Below are positions 40,461 to 55,175 of a stretch of 64,000 nucleotides of DNA, one piece after another. Location of the stretch: the NCBI GenBank assembly GCA_964016885.1, contig OZ024740.1, forward strand, positions 356,252,001 to 356,316,000, in the 5' to 3' direction. The notes under the pieces were generated by a model that was not told where the DNA came from, made no database searches, and worked only from the letters and a program-made list of their open reading frames with translations. A program made the position numbers and the translations under genes. Position 1 is the stretch's first letter; each line of letters starts with the position of its first letter. Source of the stretch: Eledone cirrhosa (lineage: Eukaryota).

Positions 40461-41604
40461 GGTAAATGATGAATGAATCATATTATTCTGGAGTTTGACA
40501 TGTGTGCTCACAAAAATATTTCGTACATTTAATTAACAAATCATTCCTTGTCAACCAAAATTACAGGTAATTATTTAATAGAAGCAACTTAAAACTGTGC
40601 TATCTCTTCACCGTTAATATGAAAATGTAAACTGAAGCTGTCAAATGAATGAAACCAATAGAGATATTTTGCATTCTTAATCAGTTATGTAATTCAGAAG
40701 AAATTATCTAAGTACAGATCATCTTCACGTAATTGCCAGATATCGAGAGTAAATAATAATTTTACTATGTTTGCAAGTAAATAGCGATACTACATTCATA
40801 CGATTTCCATCAGACACTTCAAAATGAAGAACGTAACTATATGATACCGCTTTCTTTGGTCTTTCTTTGGAAAACCCTCAAAAGATATAAGCTATATAGA
40901 TATCAATCTAAAATCTGTGAATCTTGCAATTAGGAAATATCCCATTTTCAGAACACTTGAAAACTTCGTTAATTATAGAGAGGAGAACTTCAATAAGCGC
41001 GGATATTTTGCACATTACTTCTACAAACGGAATATGCAAATGGCAATATGACAAAATGGTTAAACTACATTGTGCTATTTCATGAATGTATGCATATTCC
41101 TTCCCTCTTTAGTGTAAAATATAACATTCTCTCTGAATCAACCATCTTCGTATTTCCATCCACGGAAACAACTGAATTATAAGTAAGCCTATTATTTCCT
41201 AGGTCTTACCATGACAACAGATACATTTTTTTTATTAGTTGGAATTCTGTTTATCTATTTTTGGTAAAAGTAATATTATTCATATAATATCGGATTACAA
41301 CAGCCGTTCAAAAGGCCACCGTAACTACTAACACCATAAAATATGACTCAGTTTGAAAGAGCTGATATCACCAATGGCATGTCTAGCTAAGAATTTGTCA
41401 AGTATTGCATCAATACAAATGTAATTGAAAATTGTTAAATCTCCACTGAATTTCAATCCACATTTTCAATTTCCTAAAAACCTCTTCTGATTTGGTAGGA
41501 AGAAAAGCTTTCGTGACCATTTGATCTGGAGCTTACATTCTCTTACTTGCTGCAAGCGCAAAACTTGTTTAATACATACATTACATTACATGTTTAATAC
41601 ATAC

Positions 41605-41756
41605 TAGGAGTAGGAAGCTGTCATTCCCTGACGTTATCTCTAGGGATACGGGAATCAGTAGACAGGACCTGGGGGAGGCGATGGGGGACAGGGAATTCTG
41701 GGGCATGAGAGTGAGATCCATCATCTCGACAGTAGTCGACGAATGATGATGATGAC
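41605..41756 (+). mobile_element. RTE-like LINE extreme 3' end with a (TGA)n tail
   Basis: Encodes SFPDVISRDTGISRQDLGEAMGDREFW...*, homologous to the 27.4-27.6 kb C-terminus. Confidence 0.7.
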
Positions 41757-42490
41757 ATTATTATATACATACACAGCTCAATCATTTTATTTTTAATATT
41801 TGGCAAAGCCAACCGTAACTCGCTCGGTATGCAAATGAGGCAACTCAGCCAATGTGTACTTCAGAAAATACTATATATTTACAACCGGTCTACATACTGG
41901 CAGAGGTATACTGTCCTGGTGTGTGTGTGTATGTGTGTATGTGTGTCTGTGTGTGTGTGTGTGTGTACGTGTGCATACTTACATGTATGTATCAGCTGTG
42001 CTAGGGCAAGAAATACAATTCTAATTATATATATATATATGTTCCTTTAAGTATATATATATACTTACAGGAACATATAACAGCCAGGGAAGTATACGAA
42101 TTTAGTTAAATACCAGTTCAGTCCTCGGAAATAATTCATATAAAACCAATTTCAAATTGGGACTTACCTACAAGAGAAGAAAAAGAAAGAAAAGATTAGT
42201 CAATGTGAATTTAGAGAAATTATAGTTATACGTATAAGATTTCAACTAGAAAATTGCAACTGTATCAATACTCATACACTTTATGCGGTTCCTCCCTTAT
42301 GATGGTTTTACAGTTTACTGTAATATATATAGATATATTACTATATATATATACATTGGAAAATGAGTGAAATCCTTAGTACAGTTAGGTATATTTTAAA
42401 AAAAGGTAAAGAATGACTTAACTTGTAGATCTAAACAATTTAATTTAATTCTATATTGTAATATTACAATTTGGTTTGGTAGTGAAGTCA

Positions 42491-42591
<101 letters not shown>

Positions 42592-42640
42592 AAGATGAAT
42601 ATAAAATGAAAGTGCTTTTTTTAAAAAAGGAATTTATTAG

Positions 42641-42759
42641 GTATTGACATATGTTTCTGTAACAGACGGAATACCTATGTATCGCTGCTTGCGTAATCAT
42701 ATAATGTTAGCAAGTATTCGATAGCAAATGTATAATCAGTTGTCACTTCTTCAGAGATT
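42641..42759 (-). ncRNA. Hammerhead-like motif with a ~90-nt stem II domain; stem I degenerate
   Basis: Minus strand reads CTGAAGA a-gtgaca...tgttac-a GAAA catatg TC aatacc, then AATAAA and a tail into (TA)n. Confidence 0.55.
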
Positions 42760-42859
42760 TTGGATAAATTGGATAAAATCAGAAAAATTGAAGTATTTAT
42801 ATTAGTAATAGAGGAAGAAGAGAGGGGATAATATATGACAGACGGATGTAAAATGATTT

Positions 42860-44275
42860 AATCGAGTAGCGCTGTTGACCAGTAGGACCGGACTGCTGAG
42901 CGCAGTGAGTGAATGCATTCCAACTGCCGTGCGGGTTGTACGTATATGGATGATCTGACGGTCAGAGAGGGGTCGCGAGGACTGTGGATTGACCTTTGGC
43001 CGGCCTGGGGATAATTATCTTTCGACATCAAATGTAGCAAGCGATGACCCAGATCTTACCAGAGATCATTGGGTCCTGAAGAAAGCCTGCAATCACCGCG
43101 CCTGGTCATATGAGCAGACTACAACCACAGAGATCATTAATTTAGAATCCTCGCTCATCATCTATAATTTCCATTTGTGGCACCTTAAGATGGGTTAATC
43201 CACCATAATAATATGATCACCTTCAGCATAACTTAATTAAACTACTCTATAGTTAATACACTTTATGCTTTAAAAATCTCTCTTGGAAGATGCGCATCAC
43301 CATGGAATTTAGGGTCTATATTGGGAAACATTTTAATGGCTAGATATAGAAACCCCAGAGTTACCTCCCCGCATGCATTAACTCCCCTTAGCCACACACA
43401 CACTTCCGGGCGGTATTCAATGGCGTTTCTAGAAACGTAACAACCTCCTGTATCGAACTAAAGAACACCAGACTACGATCTCTAATTGGATTGTCGTGGA
43501 TTATGTGAAGGGCATATAATCGAAAAATACACTCCCCTGACCATGAAAATGCCGAAGTACATGAAATACTTGACATCCCTGCGCTGTGCATCTCCATTAC
43601 TTATAACACTTTTAATGCTTGCACTATCTTTAATGCTTATAATATTTCTCCACACACAGACTATATCAATCATATAAAGAATTTGCCACCAGATCTACCA
43701 ACCTAACACTCTTATTTACCTACCTAAGTGCCTCTACCACACATATCTCTCTGCCACACTATATAAACAAGACGCACATGCGTGCCACACATATAACATT
43801 TGCACTATATAACCACTTATCTTCATGTTGTATTTTAACCTATATTTTTGATTTTTGATTGTACCTATTAATATAAATGTAATCTCGAAGTGTGTACTGC
43901 CACTCTAAATTCTATAATGAATGTTGACCCACAATGTTTGAATATGTATCAATGTTTGAATATGTATTGGTATGTCTCTCGGCTGAAAAGGAGGTCATAT
44001 AACTGTCCATGCATTAATAAATTGCTCCGAAGAATCCAAACCTCGGTTTGGAGGAAACAGCTGTAAGCACAATAATGTTTTGAACAGTTCTTTGATTCTT
44101 ATATTTCATATAACTGCTCTGTAAATCATCTGATGTTTTTACATTGAGCTACTTAACTTACTGGTAATAAGGTAGTAATACAATACTGCCTACCACTATT
44201 TAGGGTGTGTGTAAAATACTTACAACTGCTTAAGGTTTTGTATTTACATAACCATAAATAGTATAACTAATACTA
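42860..44275 (+). mobile_element. Non-coding (or unrecognisably decayed) PLE-like element ending in HHR plus tail plus (TA)n
   Basis: HHR at 44023; no RT or EN motifs recognised. The left boundary is uncertain. Confidence 0.45.
44023..44069 (+). ncRNA. Type I hammerhead ribozyme, CCGAAGA core
   Basis: tgct CCGAAGA a-tccaaac-ctcg-gtttgga-g GAAA cagctg TA agca; palindromic stem III acagctgt. Confidence 0.68.
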
Positions 44276-44439
44276 TATATATATATATATATATACATAC
44301 ATACACCCCCCCCCCACACACACATATATATATATATATATTATATAACACGTAAGTTCCTGAATTATGTCGGCGGTAACCTCAGTTACAAAAGGTACAC
44401 AATACGTTGGTAGAGTATAGCCAACTTCATTATATATAA

Positions 44440-44550
44440 AAAATCCCGCCGATGTTAACTTTTCCTTTCATCCTTACGGGGTCGATAAAATAAAGTACCA
44501 GTAATGCACTGGGTAATTGCTGGCCTTGTGCCAAAAGCAGAAACAATTAT
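44440..44550 (+). mobile_element. SINE 3' fragment
   Basis: Conserved central domain and tail. Confidence 0.8.
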
Positions 44551-44921
44551 ATATAAAAATTACTTCTACAGAGCTAGAACTGTTTCATTTGTATGAAATC
44601 ATCTGGAAACGTATAAGTTGGACCCCCTTTATTTATGTTTCTCCTTTGTGATCCTGTCTCTATGTTGTACTCCTGAAGGAGGGCTTAAGCCTGACACGTC
44701 TAACTTTCTTTCTTCTTTCCCATATAAAGCGTGAAGCTAAAAAGACTTTTCGTACCTCTGTTTGTTGTCTTCTTGAACTATATATATATATATAATACGT
44801 TGACGAGACCTGCATGGGTTTCACTGCTAGTACTCAATAGGTAATGTTATGTGAAATCCCAGAGTAGACACATACTTATTTGCTTCAATACAACATACGT
44901 AAATGGGTTCCTCCAATCTAT

Positions 44922-45034
44922 ACACGTACTCGAGTTTCGGCCACACTTAATGCAGCAATAGAGTCCACAGCATCCACTGTCTGCATTTATTATGGAACAA
45001 TGCACAATAGGCGCATGTGACTTCATCAGCGGGT
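44922..45034 (-). ncRNA. Type I hammerhead ribozyme with a long (~85-nt) stem II domain
   Basis: Minus strand reads acccg CTGATGA a-gtcacat...gtgtggc-c GAAA ctcgag TA cgtgt; palindromic stem III actcgagt. Confidence 0.68.
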
Positions 45035-45140
45035 TTCGCCTAATCAATAATCAATCGATCGATATAATTCGATTGCAGTCCTTGTCTGTTATGACAGTGA
45101 ATGTGATGCGCAACACGGTAGTACATTAGCACCTGAAATA

Positions 45141-45520
45141 TACTACGTTTTTGAATTTGTTTTGCAATATTTCTTATCTGAAACAGTGTGTTGTAAAAGA
45201 TATTGTTATACTTTGGGAGCGTCATTCTGCCAATAAAAACACACACATCTGCTGGTTTTCACTTGAATTTATTATACATTTCCAGTTGGTTGGTTGGTTG
45301 GTTGGTTCGATAACCGGATGGTTCTTTATATATTGTCAAAGAGCTTTTGTCACATATTCTGTGACCTTCTCAGAGACTGGGTTTTACTGTCAGTCACAGA
45401 ATGCGTGATGAAAGAGCTTTGACTATACATTAACAACCATCCGGTTATCGAACCAACCAACCAGCCAACCTGAAATTTATAATAAATTGAAGGGAAATCT
45501 AAGAGGTGCACGTGTTTTTA
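45141..45520. mobile_element. Fold-back family member 3
   Basis: Same left terminus as the other two copies; turn point at ~45365-45392; arms imperfect. Confidence 0.75.
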
Positions 45521-45744
45521 TATATGCGTATGAGTGCATGTGTTTGTATATATATATATATACACACACAAACACACACAATATATATATATTCTCTTCA
45601 TCTTAACATGCTAACCATACTCCCACACACATAACACCCATACACACACATAACAACCCCCACCCCTACACACACAACTCCCTCCCCCATTTCTACTAAT
45701 AGAATCATCTTCCAATACACACACACACACACACACACAAGCAC

Positions 45745-46465
<721 letters not shown>

Positions 46466-46678
46466 CTCATATATGAAAAAAACAACCTGTGACCCCCCTC
46501 CTTGTTTCAAGAACTTTAGAACGCGAACTGGCGCGAAATTTATTATAATTATTGACCAACCAATCAAATTACTTCTCGAAAAACCTGGCATTTCGAGCCA
46601 CTTTTTCCATATAAAACAAGTAACATTCAGAGACCAACCAGATGTGAGAAAAACCACAGACCCTGCATCTCAACTCTA

Positions 46679-46715
46679 CTTTTGAAAAGCAGAAGAACTG
46701 CGAAACCGGTAAAAG
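46679..46715 (+). ncRNA. Minimal hammerhead ribozyme, UUGAAAA (U3-A8) core
   Basis: ctt TTGAAAA gcag-aagaa-ctgc GAAA ccgg TA aaag; palindromic stem III accggt; AATAAA 5 nt downstream; stem I weak. Confidence 0.65.
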
Positions 46716-46879
46716 AACCAAATAAATATATATATATTTTTAAAAAATATGACTTCAGTTGCATTTTCGATTTCATCTTTTTTTCTTTATACTTTCACTC
46801 GTGTAGGACACCTCGGTTATTTTTCAGTTTGTAATAAAACCTCACTTTCTAATACATACCCATCACATGAAGACCGAAA

Positions 46880-49800
46880 ATGCCACCAAAGTCTCAACAA
46901 AACAACAACTCACTGAACCAGGACATTTTAAATGAACTCAAAGAGATTTCCTCTAAACTCTCAATTTTGACCAACAAAGTGGACCAAATACACATCTATA
47001 AAAAAGGACCACACGAAGAAACAGAAAATACCCAAGAGACGAATATTACTCCAGCAATAACTAAACTAATCGAAACCATTGAAACAGCAATGCTCCAAAA
47101 GCTGGAACAACCATTAGAACCCAATCTACGAGATGTCCACTCAGTGAAAAACACCCTAATCAACATATGGACTCAAAAGCTCACAGCCCGCAAATTCGCC
47201 CTTTGGAATCTCCTAAGAAAATAATAGCTATGAAAAGTGGCTAAACTCTACCCCAATCATCCTCCCCAAAAAACTCCAAATAAAACCCACCCCGAATGAA
47301 TCAGAAAACCAACAAAGACTTAGGGAAAAGATGGCGTTAGAAAAATTTAAAATAGAAATAGAACTGTTGCGATTAAGAGCCAACTCCAACGAAGAAAAAT
47401 TCAAGTCACTCGACCAACAGATGGACACATACATCTCAAAGCACTCTGAAGGCCTACTCTACGAAAAAACCTTAAAACTTTGGAAAGAAAACTGTGAGGA
47501 TGAAGAACTAACCTCCCTCCAGCGATGGGAAAAAAACGCCACCTGGTTCAACAACTACGAAATGGACTTCAAAAATGAACAACATACAGGTAACCCATTT
47601 TTAAAACAAATTAAAAATCACTCACCACATGCACAACAAATAACAAAAAAGTAACAAAACATGAACAACAAATAACAAAAAAGTAACAAAACGTCCAACA
47701 TACTCCCAGCAAAACTATAACGATAATCCCAGAAACCATAGACAAAACTATAACCCTACTAACAAAAACCGAAGATCACAACCCACACAAAACCTATTCC
47801 AAAACCGTAGACCCCTGCCCACACAGAGCCTGTTCCAAAACCGTAGATCCCAACCCACACAAAGGAACAAAATCTACAACTCGGACTATCAACAAACCGA
47901 ACCTCAATACGTCCGAAACTTCTATAGAAGACCACACAACAACAGGGGAAATACCATTAGATATAATAATACCATTGAAAAATCATTCCAGAAAAATCAT
48001 TTTTTAGACCAAGGCTACAGGACCCACGACACCCAGTGGCACAAACCGATTTTGAAAAACCGAAAATAATCAACCTTTCAAATACAAACCTCTCAGCCCA
48101 ACAAGTAAACATTCTCCCCAAAGGACTGAAATTCACACCAACACCACAATACTCTAACCCCAATGAGATAAATGACGGTATTTCACACTTCTGTAGAAAA
48201 TTACGTCTCACAGAGGAATTATTAGACAAGGAGAATAACGACGAATCAATTGTACGGAATAAAAGCAGCTACAACCCAACAAAAGGTAGAAACAGAGTTC
48301 TGGAAAAATTTTGTGACGACATAGCTACTTTCCCATACCATGAACTACCGCAACCTAAACCCAACCCAACACGAGTCGAAGGGAATGGGAGATTATCCAT
48401 GAACTAAAAAACAATACGGACATTATAATTAAGGAAGCGGACAAGGGAAGTACTGTTTTCATTATGGAGGCTGAAAAATATAAAAATTCTATGTTCTCTC
48501 TCTTACAAAATACTAATTACTATGAAAGAGTAAAAAACTACCAGCAATCAAAAACAATGACCAGATTAAACACACTGATTTATCGATACCAGGAAGACCT
48601 AACTAAAAAGTAACGCGATTATTTAACAATTTTGAATACAAAACCAGCAACCTTTACGGACTTCCGAAGATCCACAAGTGTAAAATAATTAACGATGCCT
48701 GTAAACAATCCACCTCAGCCTGCGTGAACACACAATACCCTACAGACCTTAAATTAAGATCAATTGTAGCGGGCCCACAATGTGAAACACACAGACTGAG
48801 CAACTTTATAGACATACTACTACAACCAATTCTCAAACACATACCAAGCCTTGTAAGAGACGATCTGGACCTCTTAAACCACCTCCCCAAACATGTCAAC
48901 AACGACACTATTATTGTGTCTTTCGATGTAGTGAATCTCTACACAACGATCCCACACCAATACGGACTAGAAGCAATAGGATTCTGGCTAGAGAAATATC
49001 CCAATGAGATACCTGACAGAATAGAAAAAAGCTTCATCACTGAGGGATTAAAATTCATCTTACAGAACAACTTTTTTTATTTCGATGGCAGTACTTACAA
49101 GAAAATATCGGGGACTGCGATGGGTACAAAAGCCGCTCCAACTTATGCCAACTTAGTCATGGCATACTTAGAAGTCCAGATATATGAACATTCCAAATCA
49201 AAATACGGATTGATCTTCCACAAATATATATCAGAGAATTGGAAACACTACTTGGATGATTGTCTCATTCTTTGGTCCCACACACTCGACCAACTGAAGG
49301 ATTTCAAAAACTTAATAAACGGCATCAATAACAACATCCAATTCACAATGGAATACGGCCAAGATCAACTCCCATTTCTGGACATCTTAATATTAAAAAA
49401 AGACACAAATATTGAAACTGACATACACTACAAACCAACAGATTCCAAACAATACCTGCTATTCACCTCCAACCATCCAAAGCACACGAAGACGAACATT
49501 CCTCTTAACCTAGCAAGAAGAATTTGCACAATTGTCTCCAATTATGAAACGCGAAATAAAAGACTTCAATAATTAAAGGAAATTCTACTCGAAAGAGAGT
49601 ACCCACCGTTACTAATAAATAATGGAATAGAAAGGGCTAAAGCAATAGGCATTGATGAATTACGAAAACAGAAACAAATTCAAGGTACGTCCAATATTCT
49701 ATCATATATCTCAACACACAACCCAAGAAATGCGGAAGCTTACAACACTATTCACAAGAACATCCCACTACTAAAACAAAACCCAAGAATGAAAAAAGCC

Positions 49801-50304
49801 CTTGAAACACACAAAATAATCAAAAGCAAAAGACAACCGAAATCACTGAAAACATTACTCACCAATGCAAAATTACCTACCAAAAACCCACAACCAACTG
49901 TTAAAAAATGTGGTCGCTCTAATTGTGGAGCCTTCACTCACCTCATTGAAGGCAACACGTATACATTTAAATCAGGACAAAATTTTACTGTAAAAAATCA
50001 CTTCACTTGCTCATCAAAAAATCTAGTTTATGCCATTAAATGTAAAGGATGCAATGAAGATTATATAGGACAAACTAAATTCACACTCAGAAACAGAATG
50101 ACAGTTCATCGCCAACAATTACGAGATCCAACCACGAGACAGATACCACTAAGCGCACATCTAGACATATGTGCAAGTAATAAGACACCCAAATTCCAAG
50201 TCTTCCCATTTTATCTTTGCGCTAACAATACAACAGAACAAATACGAATAAATAAGGAAAATATGCTTATTCAAAAATATAGACCAGCATTAAATATGGT
50301 TTAA
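46880..50304 (+). pseudogene. PLE polyprotein (N-terminal domain, RT, Cys linker, GIY-YIG EN), disrupted; copy 1
   Basis: Motifs KGLKFTPTP, IKEADKG, YGLPKIHK, SFDVVNLYT, GTAMGT, YLDD, LPFLD, KPTD..QYL..SNHP, KKCGRSNCGAF, FTCSSKNLVYAIKCKGC..YIGQT. Stops or frameshifts near 47222, 47650, 48390, 48611, 48630 and 49570. Confidence 0.92.
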
Positions 50305-51549
50305 TATACATTATGTCAACACCATAACATGCTAACCATCCAAACAGACACATACACAAATAACACCTTCTACTTTAGAAAATAAAAACCTGAACTAAAT
50401 AAACCTTAATATACGTTTGCACTGACAATACAACAGAACAAATACGAATAAGTAAGGAAAATATGTTCATTCAAAAATATTCCTACTAAAGGAATCATTT
50501 TCCTACACAAACACACACACACACACAATATATATATATATTCTTTTCATCTTAATATGCTAATCATACTCCCACACACATAACACTCATACACACACAT
50601 AACACCCATATACACACACAACTCCCTCCCCCATTTCTACTAATAGAATCATCTTCCAATACACACACACACACACACACACACACAAGCACACAAATAA
50701 ACATACACATCTTTACTTTCTTTACTTCAATAGAAAATCGGAATTCTGACACCCCAGCGAACTAACCATATTCACTGAACCAGAACATTTCTCCCATCCA
50801 ATTTCTCTTGACCATTATCTTTTGCTTGTCAAAACATTCTCTAAAAAGGCACAGAATAGATTTCCAAATAAGGGCGCGAAAATTTAATGAAAACTTGTTC
50901 ACGTAACAGCCATAATTTCATTTATAACCAATCAAATTACATTTATTAAAAAAAGCCTTCGTGACCCCCCCTTTTTTAAGTAAAAAGAAATTCAAACACA
51001 CACACACAACACACACACACACAAGCACACAAATAAACATACATATCTTTACTTTCTTTATTCAATAGAAAATCTGAATTCTGACACCCCAGCGAACTAA
51101 CCATATTCACTGAACCAGAACAATTCTACTATCCAATTTCTCTTGACCATTATCTTTTGCTTGTCATAAAATTCTCTAAAAAGGCTACAGAATAGATTTC
51201 CAAATAAGGGCGCGAAAATTTAATGAAAACTTGTTCACGTGATAGCTATAATTTCATTTATAACCAATCAAATTACGTTTATTAAAAAAAAGCCTTCGTT
51301 AGCCCCCCTTTTTTTAAGTAAAAAGAAATTCAAACACTCATATATGAAAAAAACAACCTGTGACCCCCCTCCTTGTTTCAAGAACTTTAGAACGCGAACT
51401 GGCGCGAAATTTATTATAATTATTGACCAACCAATCAAATTACTTCTCGAAAAACCTGGCATTTCGAGCCACTTTTTCCATATAAAACAAGTAACATTCA
51501 GAGACCAACCAGATGTGAGAAAAACCACAGACCCTGCATCTCAACTCTA

Positions 51550-51586
51550 CTTTTGAAAAGCAGAAGAACTGCGAAACCGGTAAAAG
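51550..51586 (+). ncRNA. Minimal hammerhead ribozyme, UUGAAAA core (pLTR2)
   Basis: Identical to 46679-46715. Confidence 0.65.
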
Positions 51587-51750
51587 AACCAAATAAATAT
51601 ATATATATTTTTAAAAAATATGACTTCAGTTGCATTTTCGATTTCATCTTTTTTTCTTTATACTTTCACTCGTGTAGGACACCTCGGTTATTTTTCAGTT
51701 TGTAATAAAACCTCACTTTCTAATACATACCCATCACATGAAGACCGAAA

Positions 51751-54700
51751 ATGCCACCAAAGTCTCAACAAAACAACAACTCACTGAACCAGGACATTTT
51801 AAATGAACTCAAAGAGATTTCCTCTAAACTCTCAATTTTGACCAACAAAGTGGACCAAATACACATCTATAAAAAAGGACCACACGAAGAAACAGAAAAT
51901 ACCCAAGAGACGAATATTACTCCAGCAATAACTAAACTAATCGAAACCATTGAAACAGCAATGCTCCAAAAGCTGGAACAACCATTAGAACCCAATCTAC
52001 GAGATGTCCACTCAGTGAAAAACACCCTAATCAACATATGGACTCAAAAGCTCACAGCCCGCAAATTCGCCCTTTGGAATCTCCTAAGAAAATAATAGCT
52101 ATGAAAAGTGGCTAAACTCTACCCCAATCATCCTCCCCAAAAAACTCCAAATAAAACCCACCCCGAATGAATCAGAAAACCAACAAAGACTTAGGGAAAA
52201 GATGGCGTTAGAAAAATTTAAAATAGAAATAGAACTGTTGCGATTAAGAGCCAACTCCAACGAAGAAAAATTCAAGTCACTCGACCAACAGATGGACACA
52301 TACATCTCAAAGCACTCTGAAGGCCTACTCTACGAAAAAACCTTAAAACTTTGGAAAGAAAACTGTGAGGATGAAGAACTAACCTCCCTCCAGCGATGGG
52401 AAAAAAACGCCACCTGGTTCAACAACTACGAAATGGACTTCAAAAATGAACAACATACAGGTAACCCATTTTTAAAACAAATTAAAAATCACTCACCACA
52501 TGCACAACAAATAACAAAAAAGTAACAAAACATGAACAACAAATAACAAAAAAGTAACAAAACGTCCAACATACTCCCAGCAAAACTATAACGATAATCC
52601 CAGAAACCATAGACAAAACTATAACCCTACTAACAAAAACCGAAGATCACAACCCACACAAAACCTATTCCAAAACCGTAGACCCCTGCCCACACAGAGC
52701 CTGTTCCAAAACCGTAGATCCCAACCCACACAAAGGAACAAAATCTACAACTCGGACTATCAACAAACCGAACCTCAATACGTCCGAAACTTCTATAGAA
52801 GACCACACAACAACAGGGGAAATACCATTAGATATAATAATACCATTGAAAAATCATTCCAGAAAAATCATTTTTTAGACCAAGGCTACAGGACCCACGA
52901 CACCCAGTGGCACAAACCGATTTTGAAAAACCGAAAATAATCAACCTTTCAAATACAAACCTCTCAGCCCAACAAGTAAACATTCTCCCCAAAGGACTGA
53001 AATTCACACCAACACCACAATACTCTAACCCCAATGAGATAAATGACGGTATTTCACACTTCTGTAGAAAATTACGTCTCACAGAGGAATTATTAGACAA
53101 GGAGAATAACGACGAATCAATTGTACGGAATAAAAGCAGCTACAACCCAACAAAAGGTAGAAACAGAGTTCTGGAAAAATTTTGTGACGACATAGCTACT
53201 TTCCCATACCATGAACTACCGCAACCTAAACCCAACCCAACACGAGTCGAAGGGAATGGGAGATTATCCATGAACTAAAAAACAATACGGACATTATAAT
53301 TAAGGAAGCGGACAAGGGAAGTACTGTTTTCATTATGGAGGCTGAAAAATATAAAAATTCTATGTTCTCTCTCTTACAAAATACTAATTACTATGAAAGA
53401 GTAAAAAACTACCAGCAATCAAAAACAATGACCAGATTAAACACACTGATTTATCGATACCAGGAAGACCTAACTAAAAAGTAACGCGATTATTTAACAA
53501 TTTTGAATACAAAACCAGCAACCTTTACGGACTTCCGAAGATCCACAAGTGTAAAATAATTAACGATGCCTGTAAACAATCCACCTCAGCCTGCGTGAAC
53601 ACACAATACCCTACAGACCTTAAATTAAGATCAATTGTAGCGGGCCCACAATGTGAAACACACAGACTGAGCAACTTTATAGACATACTACTACAACCAA
53701 TTCTCAAACACATACCAAGCCTTGTAAGAGACGATCTGGACCTCTTAAACCACCTCCCCAAACATGTCAACAACGACACTATTATTGTGTCTTTCGATGT
53801 AGTGAATCTCTACACAACGATCCCACACCAATACGGACTAGAAGCAATAGGATTCTGGCTAGAGAAATATCCCAATGAGATACCTGACAGAATAGAAAAA
53901 AGCTTCATCACTGAGGGATTAAAATTCATCTTACAGAACAACTTTTTTTATTTCGATGGCAGTACTTACAAGAAAATATCGGGGACTGCGATGGGTACAA
54001 AAGCCGCTCCAACTTATGCCAACTTAGTCATGGCATACTTAGAAGTCCAGATATATGAACATTCCAAATCAAAATACGGATTGATCTTCCACAAATATAT
54101 ATCAGAGAATTGGAAACACTACTTGGATGATTGTCTCATTCTTTGGTCCCACACACTCGACCAACTGAAGGATTTCAAAAACTTAATAAACGGCATCAAT
54201 AACAACATCCAATTCACAATGGAATACAGCCAAGATCAACTCCCATTTCTGGACATCTTAATATTAAAAAAAGACACAAATATTGAAACTGACATACACT
54301 ACAAACCAACAGATTCCAAACAATACCTGCTATTCACCTCCAACCATCCAAAGCACACGAAGACGAACATTCCTCTTAACCTAGCAAGAAGAATTTGCAC
54401 AATTGTCTCCAATTATGAAACGCGAAATAAAAGACTTCAATAATTAAAGGAAATTCTACTCGAAAGAGAGTACCCACCGTTACTAATAAATAATGGAATA
54501 GAAAGGGCTAAAGCAATAGGCATTGATGAATTACGAAAACAGAAACAAATTCAAGGTACGTCCAATATTCTATCATATATCTCAACACACAACCCAAGAA
54601 ATGCGGAAGCTTACAACACTATTCACAAGAACATCCCACTACTAAAACAAAACCCAAGAATGAAAAAAGCCCTTGAAACACACAAAATAATCAAAAGCAA

Positions 54701-55175
54701 AAGACAACCGAAATCACTGAAAACATTACTCACCAATGCAAAATTACCTACCAAAAACCCACAACCAACTGTTAAAAAATGTGGTCGCTCTAATTGTGGA
54801 GCCTTCACTCACCTCATTGAAGGCAACACGTATACATTTAAATCAGGACAAAATTTTACTGTAAAAAATCACTTCACTTGCTCATCAAAAAATCTAGTTT
54901 ATGCCATTAAATGTAAAGGATGCAATGAAGATTATATAGGACAAACTAAATTCACACTCAGAAACAGAATGACAGTTCATCGCCAACAATTACGAGATCC
55001 AACCACGAGACAGATACCACTAAGCGCACATCTAGACATATGTGCAAGTAATAAGACACCCAAATTCCAAGTCTTCCCATTTTATCTTTGCGCTAACAAT
55101 ACAACAGAACAAATACGAATAAATAAGGAAAATATGCTTATTCAAAAATATAGACCAGCATTAAATATGGTTTAA
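51751..55175 (+). pseudogene. PLE polyprotein, disrupted; copy 2
   Basis: Same lesions as copy 1. One coding difference seen (G49357 vs A54228, Gly to Ser). Confidence 0.92.

Noticed and set aside
42943-42957. YMDDL peptide resembling an RT active site
   Set aside because: Short frame bounded by stops with no other RT motifs; likely chance.
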